Translations under genes and position numbers: made by a program
In this document: positions 25,666 to 37,193 of the stretch, piece by piece
Position numbering within the stretch: position 1 is the first letter of the stretch
How the letters are laid out: each line of letters starts with the position of its first letter
From: Chlorokybus atmophyticus
Lineage: Eukaryota; Plantae; Mesostigma and Chlorokybus algae
Reading direction: 5' to 3'
DNA: 64,000 nucleotides
Assembly: GCA_009103225.1 (NCBI GenBank)
Contig: RHPI01002533.1
Coordinates: 1,171,842 to 1,235,841 of the forward strand
The notes under the pieces: model-generated
Seen by the model: the letters and a program-made list of their open reading frames with translations, nothing else
Database searches by the model: none
What the model was told of the DNA's origin: nothing

Positions 25666-28600
25666 TGGTTAGATGTAATTTCTTTCTTGTCGCATGGCTG
25701 CAACTTGCTTACTACGAGGCACATGAGGTGTATAGGTCAGTTGCTGCACAGCATGTGATTGGAGGGTACGGAGTTCTGCCCATGGCAGCATCAACTCCTG
25801 ACTTCCCTGCCACGCCCATTATTCCAGCTGCCCCATTGCAAGGCCCTACTCTTACGGAAGCTTTGGCCGCAGCACAGTTGATCCTGCCTTGGTCGACCGC
25901 GAGTTGTCGGCGGCGCAACAAGCACGTTGGTCCCAGGTGCAACTCTTGGCGTTCAGGCTAATAACAAAGCAGCAAACTGCGATTGAGGAAGCATAAGCAC
26001 GATAGCGCGTCACCATACCTGACACTCCAATCCGGACAAGGACTTAGGGAATCCGAGACACAGCTGCAGGCAGCACATTGTCTTCAGGCTCGGTCAGCAT
26101 GCGAGAACCCGCTGTCACCGTCAGGGTGGACCGTACATTTTCACCCTTGCAGGACTTGTATCTGGCGCTCCGGCGCACATTCCCACCACAGACCAGTCAG
26201 AAGGTGTAGGAGTTGCGTCACTTCATGCGTAAGGCAGGGGAGGATCCTCTGCGCACTTACACCCGTATGGTTAAGCTGCTGAAGGACACCAACTACAAGA
26301 TCCTCAGCGACGAAGCTGCCGCCGCGGTGTTTGTCAGCCAACTTGAGCCTTCACTGAACAGAACGATGGACAACGCTCTCAACAATATCCGACCACAAGA
26401 GTATTCGCTGCTTCAAGCCTTTGAAACAGCCCAGGCAATCCATGACCGCCATGTGTGGATGAGAGCAGTGTTAAATATAAACTCTAGTCCCTTACGTGCT
26501 CCTGCCTCTGCTCCAAACCCCAGCCGACGTGACCACAAGTTTTATCCCACCAACACACCCCGATCATCTGCGAAGTAAGCTAACACAGCACTACCTGCTC
26601 CTGTCGTCTGCCGTCGGTGTGGTCAACACGGCCACTACCAGAAGGACTGCACGGAGGAGTACGGAAACCTGGTGTGTGACCACTGCCACAAGACCAAACA
26701 CTTGAAGGCAGTCTGGTACGCCAAGCACCTTAAGTTGAGACCCTCAGGCAGCTACGGTGGCAGCAGGGGGTTACAACAACAACAACAACAACGGCAGCAA
26801 GGGCAAGGGGCCAGCCAACAACGGCTATTGGGGGAAGAACAACCCGCTGAAACTAAAACAGAACCATCGGGTTGGAGCTAAAGCAGGCAACGCCGCCCGC
26901 AAAGCGCCTGTTGCGGAGAACACAGAGGTGGTTGCTGCCCTCACGGTACGGATGGATGAGCTTCACGCGAAGCTGAAGGGCATGGAGGATGAATACCGCA
27001 CATGCTACACGGCAGGTTGGGCAGCAATGAGAGTTGAGCGTAAGGAAGCCACCCCGCCTACGCGCGTATAGCCACCACGGCGAACCCAAGGGGATGTCGG
27101 GCCATCCTCCGCAGGTGGAACATCTGGTTCTGCTGGCCAAGCGGCAATAGTAGCAGCAACAACCACAGCGCCTTCATCGGCCGCCACCATTGGTGCCTCG
27201 GAGTCATTGTCTGCGTCGGCAGGAGCCCTCGCAGATCCCATTGCAGCTGCTGCAACACAAGCCACGAAAGCCGCCACCGCCGCCGTTGGTGAAGGTCTCG
27301 CGGCAACTATCGCTGCAACCTCAGCTGTCCTTGCCGCCGACTCGATGGCAGCAACCTCATCAGCAGCAACCATTGCCGTTGTTGACCCCACTGCGCAGCC
27401 AACTAGTACTGTAGCTATCACCCAGTATTGCTGCCTTGGAAACAACCATGGCCGGACCATTAATGTCCACCATGGCTGCCACAGGGTCGGGGCCCTCCAC
27501 GTCCACGATAGCGGAGGCAATGTCAACCGGCGCAGCTGACGTAATAGCAGCACTGATCCCGCTCGGACAAAGACCAACGCGTACAGCCGTTGGCATGCCA
27601 TTCACCCCGGCGCACGCTGCAGGTGACCACCCTGTTCATGTGGCGCATCCACGAAGATGCCCTGCTATATGGCGATAGTGATTATCTCCATCGTCAGCAG
27701 CTGGGCCACGACACGAACAAGGCCCGGAAGGCGTCACACTCAGAGGGATGCTGCGACTACAGCAAACCACGGGAGAACGGGCTCAAGTATCACCTGGTTG
27801 ATCAACAACCACCCTGCAGTTCCACTATTCGCGTTCCCATCGAGACTGCACTAGATGAGTGCGTTCATGCGCTCTGTACGGCAAGCCTACGACCAAGTGG
27901 TGGACTGGTTGCGTCCCTATAGCACTCGTGACAGAGTCACTATGAAGGTCGCCCTCATGCATCTACCAGGCATCGAGGCAGCACGGCAACTCCGGCACAT
28001 CGCGCGGGCCTATGACAACCAGCGTCGACAGCAGGACTCGCCCGACACCCTAAAAGGGCGAGCCATGACAGAGATCGATGTAGGGGTCACTGGAGGTCGG
28101 TGGGACACGTATATGCCCTCGTCGCAATCCACCACCGGCGCCGGCACTACCAGGGCAGGGGCCAGGGCAGGGGGGTGAAACAGAACAAGGGAGTGCACCA
28201 GGACATGGCACAGCTCCTGCTGCAGGAAGAGGAGCCATGGCAGCCTTGAAGACCAGCACACTGGAGCAACACCCCACCGCAAATACTGTTCCTCGACGTC
28301 CTAACGATCGCGCACGGCTCAACGCCAACGCCGTCATGGTTGCCAACTAGGGCAAGCATGTGCAGATCAACGGACGTGCACCCAAGCGCGTCATGCTGGA
28401 TGGAGGGGCACAACCATGTATCATCAGCCGACACTTGGCTACGGCCTTGGGTCTCACAGCAGCGGCGCTGGACAGCTGCCCCTTCGAGATTGACACCGCC
28501 ATGGGAGGACGAGAAAGCTCGTTGGCATCACCAACGAAGTCCTCACCATTACCCTAATTGGGCTGGACCCCACTCACACCACTCAACGGGCTCAACGGTG

Positions 28601-29034
28601 TGGTCACCAACGCCACCAGCTATGACCTGCTGGTTGGGCAAGACTTCAGCTACCCTGTAGCCATCGGCATGGGCAACTGGACTGAACAAGCGTGGTTCAG
28701 ACCCGGCTGTTGCAGCGGAGATGGTTCCACCATCGGGTTCATCCCCCTCGACCTGGTGCTGCCTGCACGAGCACGCCAACTCATGGGGGCCACCGCTACA
28801 ACTGTCACGCCACCCATGCCCGAATCCAACACACAAGACACGGCAACCAAGGAGGTGGCCTTGCAAGACCTTGCAGAGCGCCGCTGGAGAGCAGAGGTGG
28901 TCGCACATGCGTTGCTGAACAAACAGCCGCTCCCCACACGTTTTGCAGATTACCACAAAATGGTCCCGGTTGCAGAGCAGTTCACCGTGGCCACCGGAGT
29001 CAAAGACTTCAGTGCGGCGCGATGCCAACAAGGA

Positions 29035-29369
29035 GTCACCTTGTTGGAGCTGTTCGGCGGGATTGGCAGCGGCTTGGCAGCCCTTCTCAACACCGGTGTC
29101 AAGGTAACATAGTACCACTACTGTGACCCTGATCCGCATGCCCAACCCGCTGTTCGCCATCATCTGCGCCAGTTGCACTTGCGCTATCCACACCTCCTGC
29201 CGTTGTCTGCATTGCGTGAAAAGCCTCAAGGCGCTGCCTCAAGATGTTCGCCTCATTTCGACTGATCATCTCATTGCTTTGGGCAATTTGAACCTGTTGC
29301 TTGCGGGATGGGGAGTGCCAGGGTCACTCTAGGGCCGGCACAGGACAGGGTCTACACGATCCACGCTCC
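29035..29369 (+). pseudogene. N-terminal half of a C5-cytosine DNA methyltransferase within the pol region
   Basis: Motif I VTLLELFGGIGSG, motif II YCD, motif III QDV, and motif IV/V LLLAGW-ECQGHSRAGTGQGLHDPRS (reached by a one-base frameshift). It has a stop at 29110 and is truncated at about 29370. Confidence 0.85.
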
Positions 29370-30323
29370 CCACCGGGCGGGCCTGGTCAATCAGGACGCA
29401 AACGGCCTCAGTCGCAACCCCCACCTTTCCACCAACGACGCCATCGGTGCCCGACATGAGCTGGGTCCAGTGGCACCACCACCACAGGTGGTCACCATGT
29501 TTGCCAGCTGCATTGCGCTCGAGACGGGACACCATTATAGGAGCGGCTCCGACAATGCCGGAAACAGAAGAGATGCCAACGCTCACCCACGTCGATACCG
29601 ACCCATCTGAACAGACCACGCCAGCAGATGCTCAACTCCCGGCTGCAGACTTATGTCCAGACATCTGGTTGGACAAGAACTCCATGGTCTACCTACAACA
29701 TCGACAACAGGTGGCAAAACCAAGCGCGCGCGGGCGTGACCGCGTCAGGCAGCCTGGCCAAATTTAACACGGTGACTGACGAAGGACTGAGGGACTGACT
29801 GGTGCGTGAGCCTGCCTGCCGCTGCCTAAAATGTTACTTTTGAACTGTTGGGTTTGCCGTTGGCTTGAGTGGACTGAAGCAGACGGCCGCGGGCCGAAAT
29901 TGGTTGTCAATGGCACTAACCGGCCGAGAGTTGTCAACCCATTACCTTTTGGTCGATGTGCACAAACGGCCGTTAGCCATTGGTTACGGACAGCTGACAG
30001 CAATAGCGGCAGTTTCTTTGCCGTTACACTGCTGTTAATATGTGACCCTTGCCGTTTGACAAAAGTTGGCAATTTTTGCCGTAAGCCAACACTAACATGC
30101 CATGCAGCTTGTACAAACCTTTGACTGATTGTTTGGTCTTGCAAGTATAAGCTCACAATAGATACAATGTACCGGTAGTGCTGAGAGTATGTCCACTGGC
30201 AACTGAGCAGCCGACTTGCGCATAAAACTACCTACAACATTGAGTCTAGCTGTCGCACTCATGCGCAGCTTGTCAATTAGTGGTGCCTGCCTCAGAACTC
30301 CTCACCNNNNNNNNNNNNNNNNN

Positions 30324-31260
30324 NCCCCCCCCCCCCCCCCCCCCCTCCTGTTCCTCCTCCAACAAGTCGTTTGCTTCAACATCGGAGTCATCTTCTGCCT
30401 CGCTCGCTGACAATACAACGGCTACTTTGTCCTTCAGCTTGAATGTCAGCACCTCGCCGCGCACGCGCATGCGCTTGATGGTCGCTTTGAGAATGACCAC
30501 CTGCATTGGGTAATGCTGTAAGAGTGGCGTGCTGCAAGAGGACTAGCCCATCAGCATACACATGCTTACCTCGTCTTCCGCTTTGTTGCAGTCCGCCAGG
30601 CAGACAGTCTGCCGTGCTGCTCTTGGTTCACTCTGACCAACATGGCAATCTGCAAGCATATTGCTTAATTGCCGCTAGAAACATTAAACTAGGTCATGGA
30701 TTACCCGTTCGTTGTACTCGGCAGCTTCTCTTTTGCGACTTGTGAGCTCCCGCAAGTAGAACTAGGCTGTGCATTTGCGAGATTGGTCATGCTGTCCATG
30801 TACATGACACTGGAGGCTGTGCATGAGGGTGTGCATGTGTTATGACAGTGTATGTCATTTGCAAGATACTTGAGGCTGTGCATGTGCAAGACAAAAGAAC
30901 CCAAGCATGGCATTGACAGTGCATCATAACCCACCTTGGTTATGCCAATCTTGTTTGGTCCCTTCAATAATGTCGCCATGGTCGCAGCTGCTGGTGGGTC
31001 GGACGTTCTTAGAGGCAGTTTTGTGGTGTGCCTTTGCCCACTCGGAGGGGGAGCCTGGTAAGATATCGCCCGAGTCACTGTTGTCATTGGCTGTGCCCTT
31101 GGTAGGCATGGTGGGGTTTATCACCTTGTACACCCCACCGGCACCTTGCCCGCCCTGTGCAAGGATACGCTTCATCCCGGTCCTCAACCACAGTGCCGAC
31201 TACGCCCCTGGCAGCACCGCCAGCGATCCATCAAATGCCACATACCCTCGGCATCACTGC
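30324..31260 (-). pseudogene. Unknown multi-exon gene at the left end of the insertion, divergent from the transposase
   Basis: Reading frame VAFDGSLAVLPGA*SALWLRTGMKRILAQGG... and a later exon QVVILKATIKRMRVRGEVLTFKLKDKVAVVL with an acidic tail. No family recognised. Confidence 0.35.
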
Positions 31261-31357
31261 CATGTAAGGGCATAGCTTGGCGGAGCTATTAATGGTGTTT
31301 ATATGCGCAGGGACTGGCATTGTCAGACTTGCGAACTGCCATTGCCACTGTACAAAG

Positions 31358-31490
31358 GTACCATTTTAAGGGTACTTTTTGGCATAGGCATCTTCGTACC
31401 ATTGAAACGGTTCAATCAGGATATATATGCAGAGACTCACCCTATAAGTACAATGGCTCGATCGTACCATAATAATGGTACGACGGAGCC
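31358..31490. promoter_or_regulatory. Cluster of (TC)GTACCAT/ATGGTAC(GA) motifs in the divergent intergenic region
   Basis: GTACCAT at 31358, TCGTACCAT at 31394, and the inverted repeat TCGTACCAT-aata-ATGGTACGA at 31462-31483. Confidence 0.55.
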
Positions 31491-31634
31491 AGAGAATGGC
31501 GGCCAAGTTTCCCGCCTCTGGCATGCCAGGGTAGCAGTGGCGGTGGCGGCGGCGGCGGTGGCGGCGGGTGTGCGTGTTGCTGGATATGATGCAGGTTACA
31601 TTGGCGACACCTGTATCGACATTAGTAGTGAGAT

Positions 31635-34600
31635 ATGAGAGTCTTTTGTCCGTATTGCCACATGCGCTTCGCCACACGCAGCTCGGTCTACATGCACATT
31701 ACTAGCAGCAGGGTGTGCAAGCAAATCAAGCTGTATGTCGGCCAGCGTCCATTACAGTACGATGCGGGTCATGTTGAACCGGGGAGTTCGATCAAGGATG
31801 CGCACATGCTTGATGCTGAAGGATTCCTCCGGGAGACACACGCACAGCAGCAACAGGAGGAGGAGGAAGTGAACGAGGGCTTTCGATGTGTGCGTGTGCC
31901 TGAAATACCGGTGGCACGCTAACATGGAAGTGGAGGCGTCCCTTCGCACGCATCGGAATCCAGGTAGTATGGCTCGGAGCATGCTCTTGCAGTGGCATTC
32001 GTGCAATGCAACAACGGCCAAGGCCTGTCGGCCTCCGACATGGGGCGGATCATCAAGTGCATCCAAAATGCACACTTCCTGACGGAAGAGCTCCAGTGGG
32101 GGACCGGTGTGCATGTGGCCATCTACCTCCGGACCACAATTGCTTTCTCTCAGTAGTGAGGTGTGTTCACGGTGTGCGGTGCATGTGCTTCAACCATTAG
32201 AGCCATGTCACATATGCTCATGCGAGTGTGCTGCCGTATCAGAACTACGTGACGGCTGACCTGCGCAAGCCTGAAGACCCTGAGGATCAAGACATCAGCG
32301 TCACATATATGCCAGCCAAGGTCTGTGAAATGCAGTACCTAATGCAGTATTAATGCAGTATCCATTCTGAGGCCAGCATGCCTGTTAATGCTCTTGGTTG
32401 GAGCAGGTGTAGCTCGCGCGGTTGTATGGCGATTCACATGCCGCCAATGGCTTCAATCTCCAGTACAGTGGTGACGAGCACAGCTTTGACCATCCTTCCA
32501 CTGGCGATTGGTGGAAGGATGTGGAGGTGGATTTGAGGAGAGAGGTGGGGGAAGCATCCTACTTGGCGCCTGCCATTCTGTACAGTGACAAGACCACGCT
32601 AGGCAGCGCGGGCAAGCGCTGTGGCTACCCTCTAATGGCATCACTTACCAACTACAGTTGGGACATGTATGCTAGCAACATGGGGGTTGTTATGATAGCG
32701 CTTCTGCCGGTGATTCACGCAGTGGCCGGGCATCCCACCTGGGTGCAGGGCAAGGAATCGTTCTCCATTCAAAAACGTGAGATTTTTCATGACGCTTTGA
32801 ATGTAGTGTCAGGGGATGTGAAGCGGGCGAGTTGGGAAGGTCTGCAGCTCATCGACCCGAATGGCATCGAGCGTCGTGTGTTTCCCACGCTTGCGAACTA
32901 CATTAGCGACTCGCAGGTAGTGGGCATGCATGGTTGTAACCGGATGCAGCCTGCCAGCAAACAGTGCATGGAGGCTGTTGTTAGTAGAGCATCTGAGTTT
33001 GTCGTGTTGTAGGAGACTGTCACACTCACACGCACTGTGTTGGGCAACCAAACACGACATCTTTGCGATGTTTGTCTCGTCACCGATTATCAGATCTGTC
33101 AGAGATGGATGAGGACCGGGAATTGCGAACCGAGGCCTTCTACACACCATCAATGCGTCAGCTGCGGGCGGACCTGCATAGCGGTGTTAGGAATGCACGC
33201 CAGACAATCAAGGCTTTCAAAGAGCAGCACTCCATGCATGTCGAGGAGGTAATTGTCAAATTACCGGCATTCGTGAGGATGAAAGGCTTTCCGTGAAACC
33301 AGGCAATGTGGCTTGGCAACAGAATGCACTGTGGGGTTGGCGACAGTCGCGGGTGCCGGGAGGTGACTGCTATCCTCGTCTTGCCCCTGACGCAATGCAT
33401 GTGCTGGGAGGCATCATAGACCACCTGCTTGCTGCTGTGTACGACGCTGCAAAGGAACGAATGCGTCCATCCACGAGACAAATTCTGCAGGCCAGGCACG
33501 TCATTGGTGTTGCTTTTGTGTTGAACACAAAAGCCAACGACACGTGCTCACAAGCAGATGTGCACAGGCTGAATGCATGCAAGGCGACTCTACGGGTTTC
33601 GCACTTCAAGGCACCCGCAAGCACAGTAGATTTCTTCCTTTCCGACCACTTCTTTCAGGTGGTGGAGAAAGTGGCGATGCTGCAGCTGCTGCCGGTCCTT
33701 GCAAACGGTTTGCTGCTCGACAATGAGGGCAACAATTTCTTCACCATTGCTGCCGCATCGCTTGCCTAGTGGAATAAGAAGTTGCTTAAAGCGCATGAAC
33801 ACACAAGAGAGACCTTGACCACAGCCGACAACGAGCTGGCTGCCTTCAAAGCTGCAGTGTTTCATCCGATACTGTCGTCATACTCTGCACAGAAGTCAGG
33901 TTGAAAAATTGAGAAGATGCATCAGCTCACTCAGTTTGGGCCGGCAATTGTCAGCAGTGGACACCCAGATTTGTTCAGCGCCAACCACATGGAGCAGACA
34001 CACGCCCAAAATATCGAACGGTGGGCGCGTGGTGGCAACAACCGGGACTACCATGCACGTATCCTGAAAGCATGGAGCTGTGCGGAATATGTGAGAGAGG
34101 ATGGCATGGTCGTGGATCCCGGGATGCGCCCGATCATGGCGCAGTCGCGGCAGCAGGGCTGTAATGTAATAAAGAAGACGGACGAGTTGCTATGGATGAA
34201 TGTGCTGACAAGGAGGGAGTCCAGCCCGTACTGGAGCGGATTTGCGCGTAGCCGCCAAGTCGCCCGGAAGACTCCATTCGCCGACAAGCTGCCTGCCACC
34301 CTGGACAGCTGGTTGAGGAGGGAACAATTGGAGCTGGCCGATGGGTGGCGTGCTGTTCGCATGGTGAACGGAGGCGCCGCGGTGTACATGACGTCAAGAG
34401 TCAGCATGGCGCGTGCAACTGGGATGTTCCATGGGCGGCCTTGGTTCTCTACACTTGAGTTGGAAGGTGATGAGGACGGTGTAAACGTGACGTGGTGGGC
34501 TCAGGCACTCCTTTTCCTGCGCGTGGTGGTGTGGGGTGGTAGCGGCGAGCGCGTGTGGAAGGAGGTTGTGTTTGTCCGCTGGTACACGAAGCTTGATGTG

Positions 34601-34780
34601 ACAAGCGACACAAAGTGCATCGCTCTGGAGTGGGAAAAGCGTCGAGGGGGTCCACATCTCAATGTCGTGACTCTGGAGCAAGTAAAAGGCATTGTCTAGC
34701 TGCTCCCCATGTTTGACAAGGACAGCGCCCGTGTACAAGAGGGCAAGTATTGGGTGAATGTTTACTGCACTTCCACGTGA
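31635..34780 (+). pseudogene. Plavaka-family transposase with an N-terminal zinc finger and a C-terminal BAH-like region; intron-containing, with premature stops
   Basis: CPYC...H...C finger; HPSTGDWW; APAILYSDKTTL; YPLMASLTN; LLPV; IDPNGIERRVFPTLANYISD; CDVC; KIEKMHQLTQFG...EQTH; WWAQALLFLRV..VFVRWY; *LLPMF..YWVN up to a stop at 34778-34780. Confidence 0.82.
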
Positions 34781-34998
34781 CACATGTACTTGTCTCACTA
34801 CTCTGAGTTTGGAGCACATCAGTCAGTTAGGCATTGCTAATCGTATGCTAAGACTTTTGCATGTGGACGTGTACAATACCGGGTTGCTGTCACTGCACAA
34901 CTGTCACCACAATCGAATGTGCCATGCAACATTCAACAATCAGTCTGCCGTGTGGCATTCAGCATCAATACAGTGCACCACACTCAAGCCTCATATTT

Positions 34999-36700
34999 TC
35001 ATGACACAGGAGGGTAGTCACAGCGCATATCCATTGTTTCAAGCATGAGACGCCCTATGCACTCCGCCATTGCGGGAGGAACTGCATTCGCTATGGAAAC
35101 GGCCGAGGTCATCTATGGCACTCCCAGCGCTGTTTGCCACGCAGCAATGCCGCCCCTGGTGCTTGGAAGGCCATAGACCGGGTACATTTGCTGTGGCGCG
35201 TTTCATGTCACGATTATCTTCTTCGCGCTAGCGGACAGGTGCGGCGATAGCAGTCCAGCTGCCTTGCCCGCGTGCGAGCAGCGTGCTAGTGGGGTAGCTA
35301 CCACTGGCTGTGTCTCAAACAGATGCTGTCGAAAAGTTGATTGGCCAAACATCGTGCCACAAAGGGACAGATTGGGTCTGAATGAAGAAGCTGCTCCTGG
35401 CACATTTTCAATCACAAACTTGACCTGGCTTGCAAGCAGCAGACGTCGGACGAGCGGTATCGTATCCTGGTGTCTCCAGGATGTGCCATGTGCCGCCCGT
35501 TGAGGTGCCGCGATAGCACCTGAATAAACCTGGCATGGTGGACTGGCCAAGATGAGCTCGTACTCGCTCAGCTCTCCTGCACTCAGGGTGCATACATCGC
35601 GGTGTATAACAGGCAGCAGGTACTCAGAGGAGGGACTTGTGTCCATCCCGGTCACGTCAAAGCCTGTGTGGTATAGAACGACACTTGCACCGCCACCGCC
35701 GCAGGATAAGTCGAGTGCCTTTGGTCTGCGTGTGCGTCCAAGCTTATTGTCAAATGGTGTGTATGTGGTCAAGGCTGGCCGTGGTGCTGGCCAAGGACTA
35801 ACAATAATGCCGTCCGGGCTTACTTTGCAACTGACATTCTCCCCTCCGGCGCGCAAAACATGGCGTGCCCCGTCGACTGATGTGTACGCGAATACGTCGT
35901 GCCCTTTGAAGTTGATGGTTTGTGGTCGATCACCGTCATCGAATACTATATGGTGCTGCCCTGCAAAGACATTTTCCATTGCACCGTGCATATATGATGC
36001 GTCCTCAATCTCGCACGCCACGAAGCGATGTTGACCTGACGCTTGCTTCAATGATTCCACAACGCCCGCATACCATTCCCCATCCAGCGGCCAATGCACC
36101 ATGACACTCACACCAATCAGCTGCTCGCATCCCAACTTAACTACGTTCCGCAGCCGATGCGGTGCGCTGTCCAACAGTCGATGCTCTGCCTCCACTACAG
36201 CGGCCAGGGGATGGAACTGCCCACGCCCACAGCGTGGAAGATTGCTCTGCATGCGACAACAGCTTCAACATGCATGAAATAAGCATACGCCCAACATAAC
36301 ATGCAGTGATACGTCGCGGTCCACTCTGCCGAATTACCTCCGCAGCATCCACCACCTGTCCACTAACCATATGTCCCGGTGTTGTTCATGAAGAAGCGCA
36401 TGGGTTCCCCTCGCCACTGTCGAAGCATGAGCGCGAGCACGATTCGCACACGCACTGCACGCAATGGAAAAACTCGGGTTCCTTGCACAACACTTGGCCG
36501 AAGCGGCAGCCAAGCACGTCGACGTTGTGTGTGGTGTGATGTCAGCAAGCAGCACTAAAACCGTGGCACACTGTCTGCACTCGCTGGCATTCGGTCAAGT
36601 GTGCTCGCATTTGCTGCCTACGGCCATTGGCACATACGTACGCATTGCATTATGGGCACCAAGCATAGTCTTCTAGGTGAGGGGGATTCAACTGCTGCCG
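34999..36700 (-). pseudogene. Cys-rich region + Tudor-like domain + phage-type C5-cytosine DNA methyltransferase (near complete; one frameshift and a few stops)
   Basis: Tudor-like GVSVMVHWPLDGEWYAGVVES..HHIVFDDGD. DNMT motif I KALDLSCGGGGAS, II MD, III DV, IV ILASPPCQVYS, VI FVIENVPG, VIII LCGTMFG..RQHLFET. In the next frame: WQTALGVP*MT..IANAVPPAMAECIGRLML (motifs IX/X), with the stop at 34999-35001. Confidence 0.88.
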
Positions 36701-37193
36701 CCGACATCATGCAAAATATGAATCGGCACGGCTACCCACAAACCGAGCGAGACTTTAGAGTATGGGCATCAATTTAGGGTTGCCAGCTTACGAACCCAAA
36801 ATGGGTCAAACTTCAAGTGAAGCACGACTGTACCATGGACGAAATTGCAAACCCATGCATGGTACTACATCAACATGAATGATACATCATCTGTTCATGG
36901 TACTACAGTACAAGGATACTCGCATACTACCACGATCGTAGGGTAATACCGTGCTGTTATTTCATGGAACCTAGAGCGCTGTCCGAGTTTGTTGCTGTCA
37001 ACCACGCTGAGAATCAGCGCGGTATGAAAGCCATGCACTGACGCATGCGCCAGGCAGTCATCATACACATGTACAGCCAATGCTTCTGACAACAGCAAAT
37101 CTCGGGTGCACCATGCACCATGCTGCAACTATACATGTACCTACATGGTTCACAGGAAGCCAACACAAAACTACAATACATGCACAATTGTCA

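Larger units (their letters stand above)
25110..29753 (+). mobile_element. 5' part of a Ty3/gypsy retrotransposon carrying a cytosine DNA methyltransferase (gag - protease - DNMT - deletion - RNase H tail)
   Basis: Gag RPLDEWINKF; zinc knuckle CRRCGQHGHYQKDC (26609); protease MLDGGAQP (about 28395); DNMT motifs at 29035-29369; RNase H tail HRAGLVNQDANGLSRNP (29371); pre-integrase DIWLD...RDRVRQ. Confidence 0.85.

Noticed and set aside
27005-27601. 198-aa Ala-rich minus-strand ORF and overlapping ORFs
   Set aside because: Low-complexity region between gag and protease, open in several frames because of composition.
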